The notes under the pieces are model-generated. The model was not told the DNA's origin, searched no databases, and worked only from the letters and a program-made list of their open reading frames with translations. The position numbers were made by a program, and so were the translations under genes. Shown piece after piece: positions 52,553-64,000 of a stretch of DNA of 64,000 nt; within the stretch, counting starts at the first letter, position 1, and every line of letters begins with the position of its first letter. Source of the stretch: Amphiscolops sp. MND2022 (lineage: Eukaryota); contig OZ076409.1 of the NCBI GenBank assembly GCA_964187785.1, forward strand, positions 33,792,001 through 33,856,000, written 5' to 3'.

Positions 52553-55136
52553 TATTTCTCTAAGAATCTCTCCAATTTTACTAATGTTCCTCAATATGTG
52601 TCATTTTGGTGTTGTTTTGTTCAGAGACTTTGAGAAATAAAAACTTCAATTTCATTACTGATTTGCGAGGGTTCTGTTAATCCGCTGCCTAAGTTCCTGT
52701 CAAAAATTTCATCACCATTTTCAAAAACAATACCTGATGGCGCATTACTTTGGGTGAAACTTCTTTCTGAGGTGTTTTTTCTCTCTGTCTATCTACTGCG
52801 ATTCAACTCTCCCTGGATTTCTATTTCTTTTGCTTCCCATGATGAAAACAATTCAGGAGCGAAAATATATGAATGTCAAAAAATTGAGTGAAGTGAAAAT
52901 GGAGAAAATTTGTTACAGCAAGAGAAATTGAAAAATAAAGAACTAGAAAATTGTTTGGCACACTTGAGTGACTGTATTGTGTGAGTATCTTTTGTTGAAT
53001 GATTGTGGGGGAAGACGGATTTTAAGGTTCTATTCCAAATTGATTTTATTGGATTTGGTTTTAGTAACAAGACCGTCAATTATACTTAAATCATGATAAC
53101 ATCATGTGTTAGGGTCAGAAGTTAAAAACAGACCATTTTATCACTTCTCTCTCTAGAAAATCGAAATATAACTCCGTTGTAGCGGCGGAAATAACGCGGA
53201 ATAATATGCAAATTGTGCTTTGTACTAATATAATTCCCCATATTTGAGAACTACATAATCCAGTATAAGGCACTAGCACTGTCACGGAGATAATCAATAT
53301 GCTCTTTTCAGTTCTGAACATCACGCTGTTTTGTGAAATTTTTGCACATGCCGTTTCAACCCTAACACTCTTCCAATAATAACATTTTTGCTGTTTTTTA
53401 CAAACCGCCTAATGCAGCATAAATTATAAGCACAAGTGCGCTCAAACTCATCACGCTGTTTTGTGGTTAGATAATCATGCTGTTTGAAAGTGGTTTCTGG
53501 ATAATAACGTTATAAATGCCTCATATCTATAAGACATTGTAAATATCTGCTACATATAACCTCACTAAGTGACTTAGAGTAGTATAAACAGTGGTTTGGT
53601 TTGAATCAGGTGACGATAACGTTACCTTCTGAGTGGTTTATGTGAATAATGCACATTTTTTCTTTTCAACTCATCAACATTTAAAGAATCATCATCAAAA
53701 TGAAATCAACGAAAGTGTGAACGATTACTGAAATCAAATGTCTTTAGTTTCAGAGAAAACTTCAATTATTCATGTCATCTATTCAGGGACGGTAGTTAGC
53801 TGAACCTTCGGGTTTGAGTCGGTTAGGAACGGATGATCTCTTCATCTCTGATGCACACCGGGCATCTCGCAAGAGTAGCCTGTCGACACTAAGTGTCGAG
53901 AAATCAGCAAACGTAACACTTTCTTCAGTCTCAGACTTTCATTGTTAGTCAACAAGCAACTGAATGTTTTTCGACCTTTGCCGCCAATCATTTGAAATGG
54001 ATCTGTTATTAGGTAACCAATATCGCTGAAAATAAATGATGCTTCGAAGATTCTAAGTAGGTTCGAATAACGTAGGCTACCAAAAGTTTACGCGTAGCAA
54101 TATCGTTTTGATCAAAGCGGTAAACACGAAGCGACATGTTTAATGTTCCTCTCAAAATTTTCCAACAGAAAGTCAGATTAAAACAGTCTGTTTATGGTCA
54201 TCGATTTTTCTGAATTTCGCTTTTGCCATCGGCGATGCATTTCATTGAGCTCAATTTTACTCAATGGAAAACCTACAACGTTGCATTGCTCCCAAACATC
54301 AAAATGGCCCCTAATTTTACGTTTAGTTTTGAATTCATCAGAAATGCTTGAAAATGTTAGTTTGGAATTTTCCTCACTTTATCGGCCCGTTCTGATAGCC
54401 CTGTCACAACCAACTAACATACTAACATGCCCTCGTTTTGCTTATCGATGTTTGATAAATCAAACGCAATTTGCTGACGATACTTTGCAATGTTTAGGAA
54501 TTTGATGATCTGAGATGTCAATCTAATGTCTTAAATTTCCGAGTGTTTGGAGGTAAACATTAATTTTTTGAAAATGTTATCGCACTGTTTGATCACAGGT
54601 GAAACAGAGGACGCTAGCGGTATCCGTATTGCTCTTTTTGGGACCATTTGCTCAACAAAACATTGGAAACTTTTTGAGTTCCAGATCAAATCAAGGAATG
54701 TAAAACTGCAAAAAATAGCATAGAACTCAAACTCGAGTGGTGAGGACTTGGATTAAAAGGTTCTTTCGGACCAAACATAGGACAATGGAGTTCTACAAAT
54801 ACGAAATCTATGAAAAACTAGTTGTACGTAAACTTTTAGTACCCTATTGTATTTTTTGAGTCGTAAGTATATATTCTCATTGCAAAATGTTGAGAGGCTA
54901 AAATTTTTCCTTGTTGTTTTCAATTCGCTCCTCACAAAAATTTCCCAATTCCATTCCGTTCATTTTGGGACACCAATTACCAGTAGTTTTTCCCAGCCTT
55001 TTCAAATAAAAATATCTATAATGAAGGATTGACAAGCTGAACTGCAATGTTCGTAGTTATTTTCAAAAGTTTTTTTTTCAAAAATAATGAATTTGTGAAC
55101 TTACTAGTTTTTATGCTTTACGTATTTTGTAAGTAG

Positions 55137-55380
55137 GTAACACCTTCAAGTCTTCTCTGAAATGCTTCCTGTATGCCCCCCACCGAGCACTAATCCTACA
55201 GCCCTTGAAGACGGAGCATGTGTCTCATGACCCAGTCATCTTTAAATTTCACAGTTTGTTCACACCCTGGGAATGTGACCAGTTCTGGGCTACAGGTGTG
55301 GACAAACAACAAGGCAGTGTTCTTGCAGAAGAAGACGGAGGTTCAACAGCTAGTGAGAATCGAGTGGGAACCAATGCTTG
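55137..55380 (+). CDS. P4HA: P4H alpha-like exon 4
   Basis: Phase-1 acceptor; LKCFLY..LILQPLKTEHVSHDPVIFKFH..EC..RVGTNAW; donor tg|gtgagt (phase 2). Confidence 0.9.
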
Positions 55381-55735
55381 GTGAGTGTGATCTAAAACTT
55401 AATCGTTCAAAAGGTTATTCTTCTCAAAAAGCTCAAAACGCTATCAAATTCCTCACTAATTCTGTTTTTTAATCATGATTATTGTTTTTTTAAATTCCTC
55501 TATCAGATATCATGGATCTTCGTCATCAATCAAGTACCATGTGTATCATCATGTTGGGGGGAGAAGACACACACCCGTGGTCTGCAACGAAATTAGGGAG
55601 CCCCATACCAGCCACTATCCCAGTAGACCAGTAGCAAAACGAAACAACCAACAAACTACTCATACCGGCCACTATTGCAGTCGACCGGTAGAATTTTCTT
55701 TTAAAGCTGCAATGATATAGAGGTTTAAAAAAATA

Positions 55736-56821
55736 GCTATATGTAATAAATTTCTTCGAACGCATCTCTGTCGCTCACAGTTCTTAGAACACATGCTGCA
55801 TTGCCGATCTGAAGACCCATTGAAATCCGTTGCTTCAAAAAGCTGCCAGCTCGTTGATCGTCGTGCGAACGACAGAGCATTCTACAGGGCGCGTGAAGAA
55901 AATTTCATTGCTCTCGTCTAAAGAACCCTGTACTTCCAAGGCCACCGGTTGAAAAAGGTATCCATTGTCTATTAATTCGCGATACTTCTCAAGTTTACGC
56001 GCTTCAGCCTCGGTGGCGGTGGTTCCCGGGTTCCATAAAGAGCCTTGATTCAGACGGCTGAGTGCAAGAGCATCCACAACCGTGACATCCCACACCAGCT
56101 GTTTACCCATTTCCCAAGGAATCATGGTAACTCCATCTGGGCGTTTGCCATCAGTTCGGTACAGTACACGCGGTTCGAGCACCGAAGGCAAGTCGAGAGA
56201 TCCCAACGTCTGCTTTATGAGAGAATTGAGAGTAGCATGACGTGAGAAGCGATCAGCACTCTTGGTGCAAGAAAGACCGTGTAAACCGTCCCGTTCAACT
56301 CCTTTACCACAGTGGCACGTATGCGCAACACAGATGTTGGCCCCGAAACGCAAACCAATTGAAATCCGAAGCTGCTGATTATCCAGTTTCAGGCCTAGGT
56401 TCTTGCAAGGAACGACGTTCAGCCATTGAGACCCGTACTTGCCTTGATGAGCGTTAAAAACTTTCGAACGTTTGTCATCCATTCTAGAAATCACATCTTG
56501 GGCGGTTTTGACGTAGACAGGTTGTGTCCAATTTTTCTGAGTTCCATCGAGAGGACTTTCGTGTTCATTCGTCAAACTCAACCATTTCTCAAGCGCTTTT
56601 GTAAACAAAACATCTTCGAATGTTTCCGAGAAAATCGTAGTGAGAAAGTCACTCGCACCAAAAGCTAAAGCCAGAAAGGCGGGAGGTACTAATAATGATG
56701 CGGATGAAACCCCAAGACCACCCATCTCAGCGGGCAGAGCCAGCTGAGTCCTCGAAAAATCGTCGAAGTTCACGTTACACACTTTGGAAAGCCCGTCGCG
56801 TACGGTGTTGTCATTAATCAT
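55736..56821 (-). mobile_element. 3' fragment of a CRE-like non-LTR retrotransposon with restriction-like endonuclease
   Basis: LPAEMGGLG, CHC..HGLSC zinc knuckle, RHATLN and RPDGVTMIPW..LVWDVTVVD (PD-D/ExK); frameshifted end QRISMGLQIGNA. Confidence 0.9.
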
Positions 56822-57689
56822 GATTAATGTAGTTGCAACTACATGTGCAAACCTAATATCTGGAAGGTTGATAACGTATATGCTACAATGTAGCCAATTC
56901 AGCGCTTGAGCTTTTCAATAGTCGTACCTTCAAAAGTTTGAACCGTTGAAGGTTTTTTTAAAATTTTTGAAAATTTTCATTTGATGGAATACCGTGAAAA
57001 AAAACTTGTTAACCGCTTAATCAATTGCAATGTTCTTGCGGTAGAAAAATGATATAGACTGCGAAAGAGATGCAATGAACATATTACAGCAGTTTCATTT
57101 TGGTTCGAAATTGAGATAGATACTGTGGTTTTTAAATTTCAGTATGTGGCCAGAAGTGGTGAACCTCCTAACTGAAGTACGTAACCATGATAGTTTTTTT
57201 TCCGATGGGAATTTTCATCATTGAACAACATCCACACATCCATGGGGCTCGAAACCGACTTTGCGCAGCTTTTATTTTAAACGATTCAAGTCTTTGCTCA
57301 TTGATGAGCGTCAACGTTTGTCAACAAGATGTCAAAGGTTGAGAATGGCGCTTGTCAATCATGCAGAATAGTTTCTGCTTGAAGGACATGAGACCTTTTT
57401 GGCAGACGCTTTGAACTTGTACAGAAATGCGTCGTTTCTTGATGTCGCGCGGGTGAACCTCATCTGTGACTAGACAGTGCAGCGAATGCTTCGTACTCCT
57501 CAATTAGAAGCTTCAATCAAATTCACGCTTAGTTTTTGACTACTCATTCTGTCATGTTTTCCTGTAGCCAAACCCCAAAACGAAATCTTTCAAAGGATTT
57601 CGACTAATTATTTGAATTGAAAACTGTTGAAGTGGAAACAGAATATACGCATTGACGATATGTAGAAAGTTCGAAATGAATGGGGAAAT

Positions 57690-58545
<856 letters not shown>

Positions 58546-58966
58546 GAAACGAGATAGAATAAAGTAAATGTTGCATAGCTACAGTTCAGAAACAGTATCA
58601 AGATACAAATAGATGAGGTGAACAGCAAAAGGACAGACAGTTCTGACATAGAGATGATTATAAAATTTTGGGATTCGAGGAGAAGGGATAAAGAAACAGA
58701 GAAACGAAGCAAGTTATGAAAAGAGTGAGAGATGATAGAAATCAACATTAAGCTGTTTGAAAAACCAATGATCGATACTTCTGCCCTAAACAGTCGGGTT
58801 TACCAGTCCGCTCGGAAATAGACAAGCATAAAAAAGACACAACACGACGAATAGCAACACCTTTTTTCAGGCTTCAGTTGCTTCCCCATAAATTGTTTCA
58901 CTTTTGATTGCACTGTAATTTGGTTTGTGAATTTTGTTGCTTCTCAGTTAGTTTCTAATCTTTCAG

Positions 58967-59057
58967 GATAGGCGACGAGTATGCCTTAGTGGTGAAATTG
59001 ACTGAAAGAGTACATCAAGCAACTGGTTTGAAGGCAGCAAACGTAGAACCATGGCAG
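58967..59057 (+). CDS. P4HA: P4H alpha-like exon 5
   Basis: Acceptor ctttcag; (W)IGDEYALVVKLTERVHQATGLKAANVEPWQ; donor cag|gtaaga (phase 0). Confidence 0.92.
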
Positions 59058-59961
59058 GTAAGAGGGAGATTTTTAGACGTTAAAGACCAAATTTTCCTAA
59101 TATTGAGGTAGTATGTTAGTCTTTTTAAGTTTCTGCTTTAGGAGGAAATAGAATATCGCCCCGTCACACGTTTTCTTTTTTCAAAATTGTTATATATCCA
59201 TATTTTTTTCTTTGTTACCAAGATAGTCTTGCCAAGACGGCGGTGGAAATCCTCTTTTTCAGATTATGTTTTTGGAACTTTATATGTACATAGCATGAAA
59301 TAGTTTTTAGAAATGTAGAGGTTTTTTTCAGTTCAGGTTATAAAACATCTTGCGCTACTTTTTCTTTTTCAGAAAATTGAGTTTCCAAAATGTCCGATTT
59401 CTTACTGGAGGCGTTTGGTTACTATTAAAAATTATTTTTGCTTTTTGATCAGTTAAAGAGTATCAAGTTTAAACACCATCGATGGCCAACGATTTTCCCA
59501 CTTGAGCACTACCGTTGACCATTACAGTGACCATGGCACAATTTGTTTATAATCATTTTCTATCAGCCAAGATCCAAAGCATCGAGAAGACATATCTCAA
59601 TTGAAACCACACAATTTTTGATTTCCGAAACAGTTTCTATTTCATTTAAGTTCATATATTTAAAATTGACGAAAAGCGCGAAAAATCTTCAAGCAATTGT
59701 AAAATTTCAACTTTTGATCTATCAATCGACTTTCAAGAAACGCGCCCTCAATGCAACTTCGGGTCATTAAGATATTCCTACCTTTGCCTTATATTGGATT
59801 ATCAAGCAAAAGTATGTTTGGGTTACAGAAACTTTACTATTCAATTCCATAGGTTGTCCTGGAGTGTCCACGGGCTTAAATAAATAGTATTATGTTTCAA
59901 AATACATAAATTGATCGTTTAACATTCGTCTTACTTCTTAATTGTAAATGATTTTCACAAG

Positions 59962-60011
59962 GTGGCGTCTTACGGTATTGGGGGTCATTACTGGTTTCAT
60001 CACGATGACTT
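59962..60011 (+). CDS. P4HA: P4H alpha-like exon 6, 5' part (HxD iron ligands), interrupted by a MITE
   Basis: Acceptor ttttcacaag; VASYGIGGHYWFHHDD. Confidence 0.9.
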
Positions 60012-60940
60012 CCCGGGTTGACCCTCCATGGATATCTCGCCAAGATCTAGGCAAGATCATGCCAAGATCTTGGAAATTTTTGGCTAAAATTTTACAATGG
60101 TACTTATGTTGCCATAGTAAGATCGTATCAAGACAGTCATCTTATTAGCAAGCCCAAGGTAACAAGAAAAATCTTGCCAAGAACTAAGTGCGAAAAAAGC
60201 AGAATTTGAAAAAAAAATTGAAAATTATGAATGATAAATTGAAATATAATCTTATATTACCTCAAACCTTTAAAAGTTACTGGAATAAAATAACCTTTAG
60301 AACAACAACAAAAAAAGACCTTAAAGCACTGAAACAATCTCTAAAGAGCTCTAGAGTAAGGACATTGTATCTACACATTGATAACTGCATCGCTGGCCAC
60401 CGATGTCTCCACCGGTAATAAATTAGTGTCACGCCCAAGTTCGCTTCCACTCAGTCTAATTTTGGGACTTATTTCATAAAAATACAGTAATTTCAGTCAT
60501 CATCCTATAAAAATACAATGTTTTTAGATCTTATTCTATCTTTTTCGATCAAAAGAATGTGACTTTAGACATTCTATCATAAAAACAATTTTGGGCCTTA
60601 TTTTACCGAAATACAGTGATTTTAGTTTAAGCTGACCAACTGAAACAGTCGACACTGGCAGGGCTACCGCCGAGTAGGTGCACGAATAAGCCCCCATTTA
60701 AAATGAAACAATCAAAGTTCCACAAAAATAATTTCGTTAAAATGTTTGAAATTGACATCAGAAACATAGGAAACCGTTTTTCTCAAGTTTCGCCTTGAAA
60801 AAAGTTGAAAAGTGGTCACCGGTGGAAACGAAATTGGCAGCCCGAAAGTGCCTCCACTTGTGGCCACCAATGGTTTGCGGTGGCGTGCCAGTGCGGGTAA
60901 GAATTTGACAAAATGCTAATAAGGGGGTCAACCCGCCGGG
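60012..60940. mobile_element. CCC..GGG MITE inserted in P4H exon 6
   Basis: Ends cccgggttgaccctccatgg ... gggtcaacccgccggg, TT on both flanks, same family as 42092-43072. In-frame TGA at 60019-60021. Confidence 0.9.
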
Positions 60941-60942
60941 TT

Positions 60943-61075
60943 CGAAAACGAACTGCAGAAATTCAATTTGCCCGTGGCAACCGATTAGCTACTCTGATGA
61001 TATATTTGTCAAACGTGGAAGCTGGAGGTGGCACTGCTTTTCCCGATGCAGACGTAGTGTCTTTCCCAGGAAAAG
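60943..61075 (+). CDS. P4HA: P4H alpha-like exon 6, 3' part
   Basis: GNRLATLMIYLSNVEAGGGTAFP; donor g|gtagg (phase 1). Confidence 0.9.
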
Positions 61076-62480
61076 GTAGGTCACCTATTTTCAAAACATC
61101 AAGCTGAGTGAATATGAATGCATTTAATCATGAATCTTTTCTTCGAAGATTTGCAAAAAGATGTTCCGATAGATCATACAGATAAAATTAATACCCTAGT
61201 TGAAACGGCAGGAACTTTTTACATGCTGCAGGCCTGCATGCAGTGTAATTTTTTATAAAAACTAGAAAATTCAGTGAACTTCGGGTGGTAAATCATGTAC
61301 AATTACACTGCATTCTCCACTACTGCAATTAAATTTGAAAACAAATTCCCCATCATCACCGACACGATCTATTTACACTTTGTTTTCTCAACTGCTCATC
61401 TGATGTGATCACCGCTTCTCAAACAGCACACTAAACAAGACGCTAATATGCAGTTTATTAGACGACTGAAGTTATTTTGCAATAAATTGGCGGTAAAACT
61501 GATAGCAATTTATTTGCTTTTAAAATTATAGCTGCTGCTTAATCATTACGATACATGAGCCGCATCGAACTAGCAAGATCTTGCTAGTTCGATTAATAGC
61601 CAATAGCAACGCGTTGTAGTTTCAAATACACATTACGTTTCAATACTCATTACACTAATTGATTTATCGTTTCACTGAGTGACTAAAATGATGAAACTTG
61701 AAAAACTTCTAGGTTTAAAATTGCCGCCAAAACTTCGATGAATCTTCCAAGCAGCTTGATAAAAGTTAAATACAACAGGGAAATATTTTTGCATGAAAGT
61801 TTCCGTAAGAGTTTTAAAAAGTCATAATAAAAGTTGCTCGCAACATTCAAGTACATGCAAAAAGTTCAAGCAGTATAAACAAGGGTATGTAAAATACATG
61901 ACCTTTTGTGAAAGCTGCCTATAATTGAACCCGTTTTCGAACAATTGATTTAATCGAAGTCACCTCAAAACCTAACCAGTTTTTATTGTCTCATTTTATC
62001 TATAGACTTTCAAAACGCTAAAAAAATACACAACAGCCTTTGTTCTGCTTTTTTGTTCCAACCATGGTGTTACAGAGATTCAGCGGAATAGATAAAGAAT
62101 TTCAAGGGAATAGTGTTGTTGGAAAGACTCATATTTAACAAAAAGTATGTCAGAGAAAGTTCAGCCCTAAGAATGTTAGCGTGTACTAAAAAAACTGCTA
62201 AACATTAGCAGTACAATGAAAGCGGACATAGAACAACAAAAGACCAAAGGCTCACTTGCGCACTTCGAACTATCGATTTGAAGAAAGGTGAGGTGTGGTC
62301 ATTGGCATAAAAAAGCTAATGGAAATGAGATGATGACGTAAAAGGTTGAAACAACTGCCGGCACACAATTTGTAAAGACTCCTTGTTTCTACAGTTCGAG
62401 TAAAGTTGTTGTGAAGTGCAATAATATCCATATCGAAGTATACATTTGAAATACAGTGCAACTAAGACGTCTCTTTGTAG

Positions 62481-62680
62481 GAGATGCCGTGTTTTGGTTC
62501 AGTTTGGATACCTGGGGTGAGAGAATACAAAAAGGGCTACATGGCGGATGCCCTATTTTGATTGGTTCAAAGAAGATTGGCAATAAGTGGCTGTGGACCA
62601 ATGAACAATTGCTATCTCACCAATGTTTTCAAAATGAGCGTCTTCACAGAATGCCTGATACTTTATGTAAATACATGTGA
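62481..62680 (+). CDS. P4HA: P4H alpha-like last exon (distal His and 2-oxoglutarate-binding Lys)
   Basis: Acceptor ctttgtag; GDAVFW..LHGGCPILIGSKKIGNKW, ending in TGA. Confidence 0.92.
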
Positions 62681-63209
62681 TGTTGGTAATGGTTCATCTT
62701 TTGCCTATACCATATATACCATATCATACTACAAGTATATTTGTTAATTGTATCATGAAAAAGAACATTTTTACAATGACTTTCAGAGAATCAAATAATA
62801 AGTAGTTTTCCAACACTTGGGTGTACTTTAGCTCCTGATTATACCAATTACATCTATTGTTATTGTCTCCCGGGTTTCTCTGATAATCGTTGAACTTGTT
62901 TTTGCTAGAAATTGAGGCAAAAAGGCAAATTAGAGGCTACAAGTTGAATCAGATTCAATCAGAAAGTAGCCGTTTGAGTTTTTTGTATCCCTACACCACA
63001 AATTTTCGTTTTGAAAAACCTAGAGAAAATTTTAAAAGCTGATTGCTTACTGATACGGTCCCCAATTCGGAAGCATTCGAGTACTTTCCTTATTGTGATC
63101 CATTCAAGATGTTACAAGCCAGAAGCAAACGTCTTTTCTAGCATGTGGTTCCATTCCCGTGTACAATACAATCAGCAGAGCTCCATGGGCGTCGAAGCGA
63201 TGAATATAA

Positions 63210-63952
63210 TGTAACGGCAAGCTCTAGTACAGCAATATCAACCAACTTTGCAACTTCGACATGTTCAGAAAATTTTGTCAAAAATTCGTTCAAATCTGAC
63301 GTGGCACTCAAACATGCTCAAGACGAAGTACCTGCCAGAAAAAGCACCCCAGAAAAGCAGAAATCGCCGCTCGCGACGAACAAGCACCGGAGACGACTAA
63401 AAAGACGTCCCCGACGTATACAGAACACGGTATTGTGTCAATCTCTAGGAGATATCCAATACTACAGTAAAGGAAACCAGAGTTCCAGATGTTCGCCTGA
63501 GTATCCCTGCGGTATCCTGTGTGGCAACTAGCGCTAGCGCTGGGAACCTGAGGTCAATTTTCATCAAATGACTCTGAACTCTTGATTTCTTGTTGTATTT
63601 TTGATGTGGTAAATTAATATGCTCGAGAGCTGTTGTTTAACATCTGTTTATCCAATTTGGCGATTTTATCAGATTCTCCAATATTATGGTTCAACCTTCA
63701 TCGATTCTCAGCCCAATTTTTAAAGGCTAGTTGAGCAGTGGTCTTGAGTCTTGCAAGACGCCTGTTACTTTTAGCAGTTACAGACTAGGACCAGGCCAGA
63801 GAGCGTCCTACAAGACGGTTCCCCCACCTTGGGACTGGCTCCTTCGGAGGGAAAATGAGCTAGGGCCGCGGAGATCTAAGTCCCAGATTATATTCGCTGT
63901 TCTAGTTCCTCCACTCTACGTTGCGGTTCAAGCGCCAGCGCTTATCGTTACA
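63210..63952 (+). mobile_element. Solo-LTR-like element, second copy
   Basis: TGTAACG..CGTTACA ends; flanks TATAA/TAGAA (4 of 5 bases match); similar to 11902-12628. Confidence 0.75.
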
Positions 63953-64000
63953 TAGAAACTCATTTTTTGGCGACCACAGAGGGATCGTCTTGGGAAGCTT

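Noticed and set aside
53780..54550. Coding-like decayed minus-strand sequence
   Set aside because: Several stops and no motif I can assign.
63794..63862. HDV-like ribozyme in the solo LTR (ggccag..ctggct pairing)
   Set aside because: Lacks the P1.1 GG and a P2 partner, and the 3' strand is deleted in the other copy.

Overview
AT-rich eukaryotic (invertebrate-animal-like) genomic DNA, mostly transposable elements; no prokaryotic features, CRISPR arrays or intact RNA genes. (1) 1-9.2 kb: decayed Polinton/Maverick (adintovirus-like) element (integrase, probable major capsid, protein-primed PolB). Its capsid gene is split by a 6.7-kb nest of four non-autonomous Helentron-type rolling-circle elements, three of them sitting in the same T-run of a family-A element. 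(2) 9-35 kb: further Helentron-type repeats, a solo LTR, a Gypsy fragment, a full-length degenerate Gypsy (188-bp LTRs, GTAAC TSD), a CR1/L2-like LINE 3' end, a Mutator foldback carrying a deleted BEL/Pao element with a tRNA-like segment in its LTR, and several MITEs with clean TSDs. (3) 35.3-62.7 kb (+): a 7-exon prolyl 4-hydroxylase alpha-like gene with compatible splice phases throughout and TE-filled introns. Its catalytic HxD exon is interrupted by a 929-bp CCC..GGG MITE that adds an immediate stop. Precise excision leaves a frameshift, but one GT-AG splice starting inside the TIR would restore the frame. All calls come from manual reading and translation; no searches were run.
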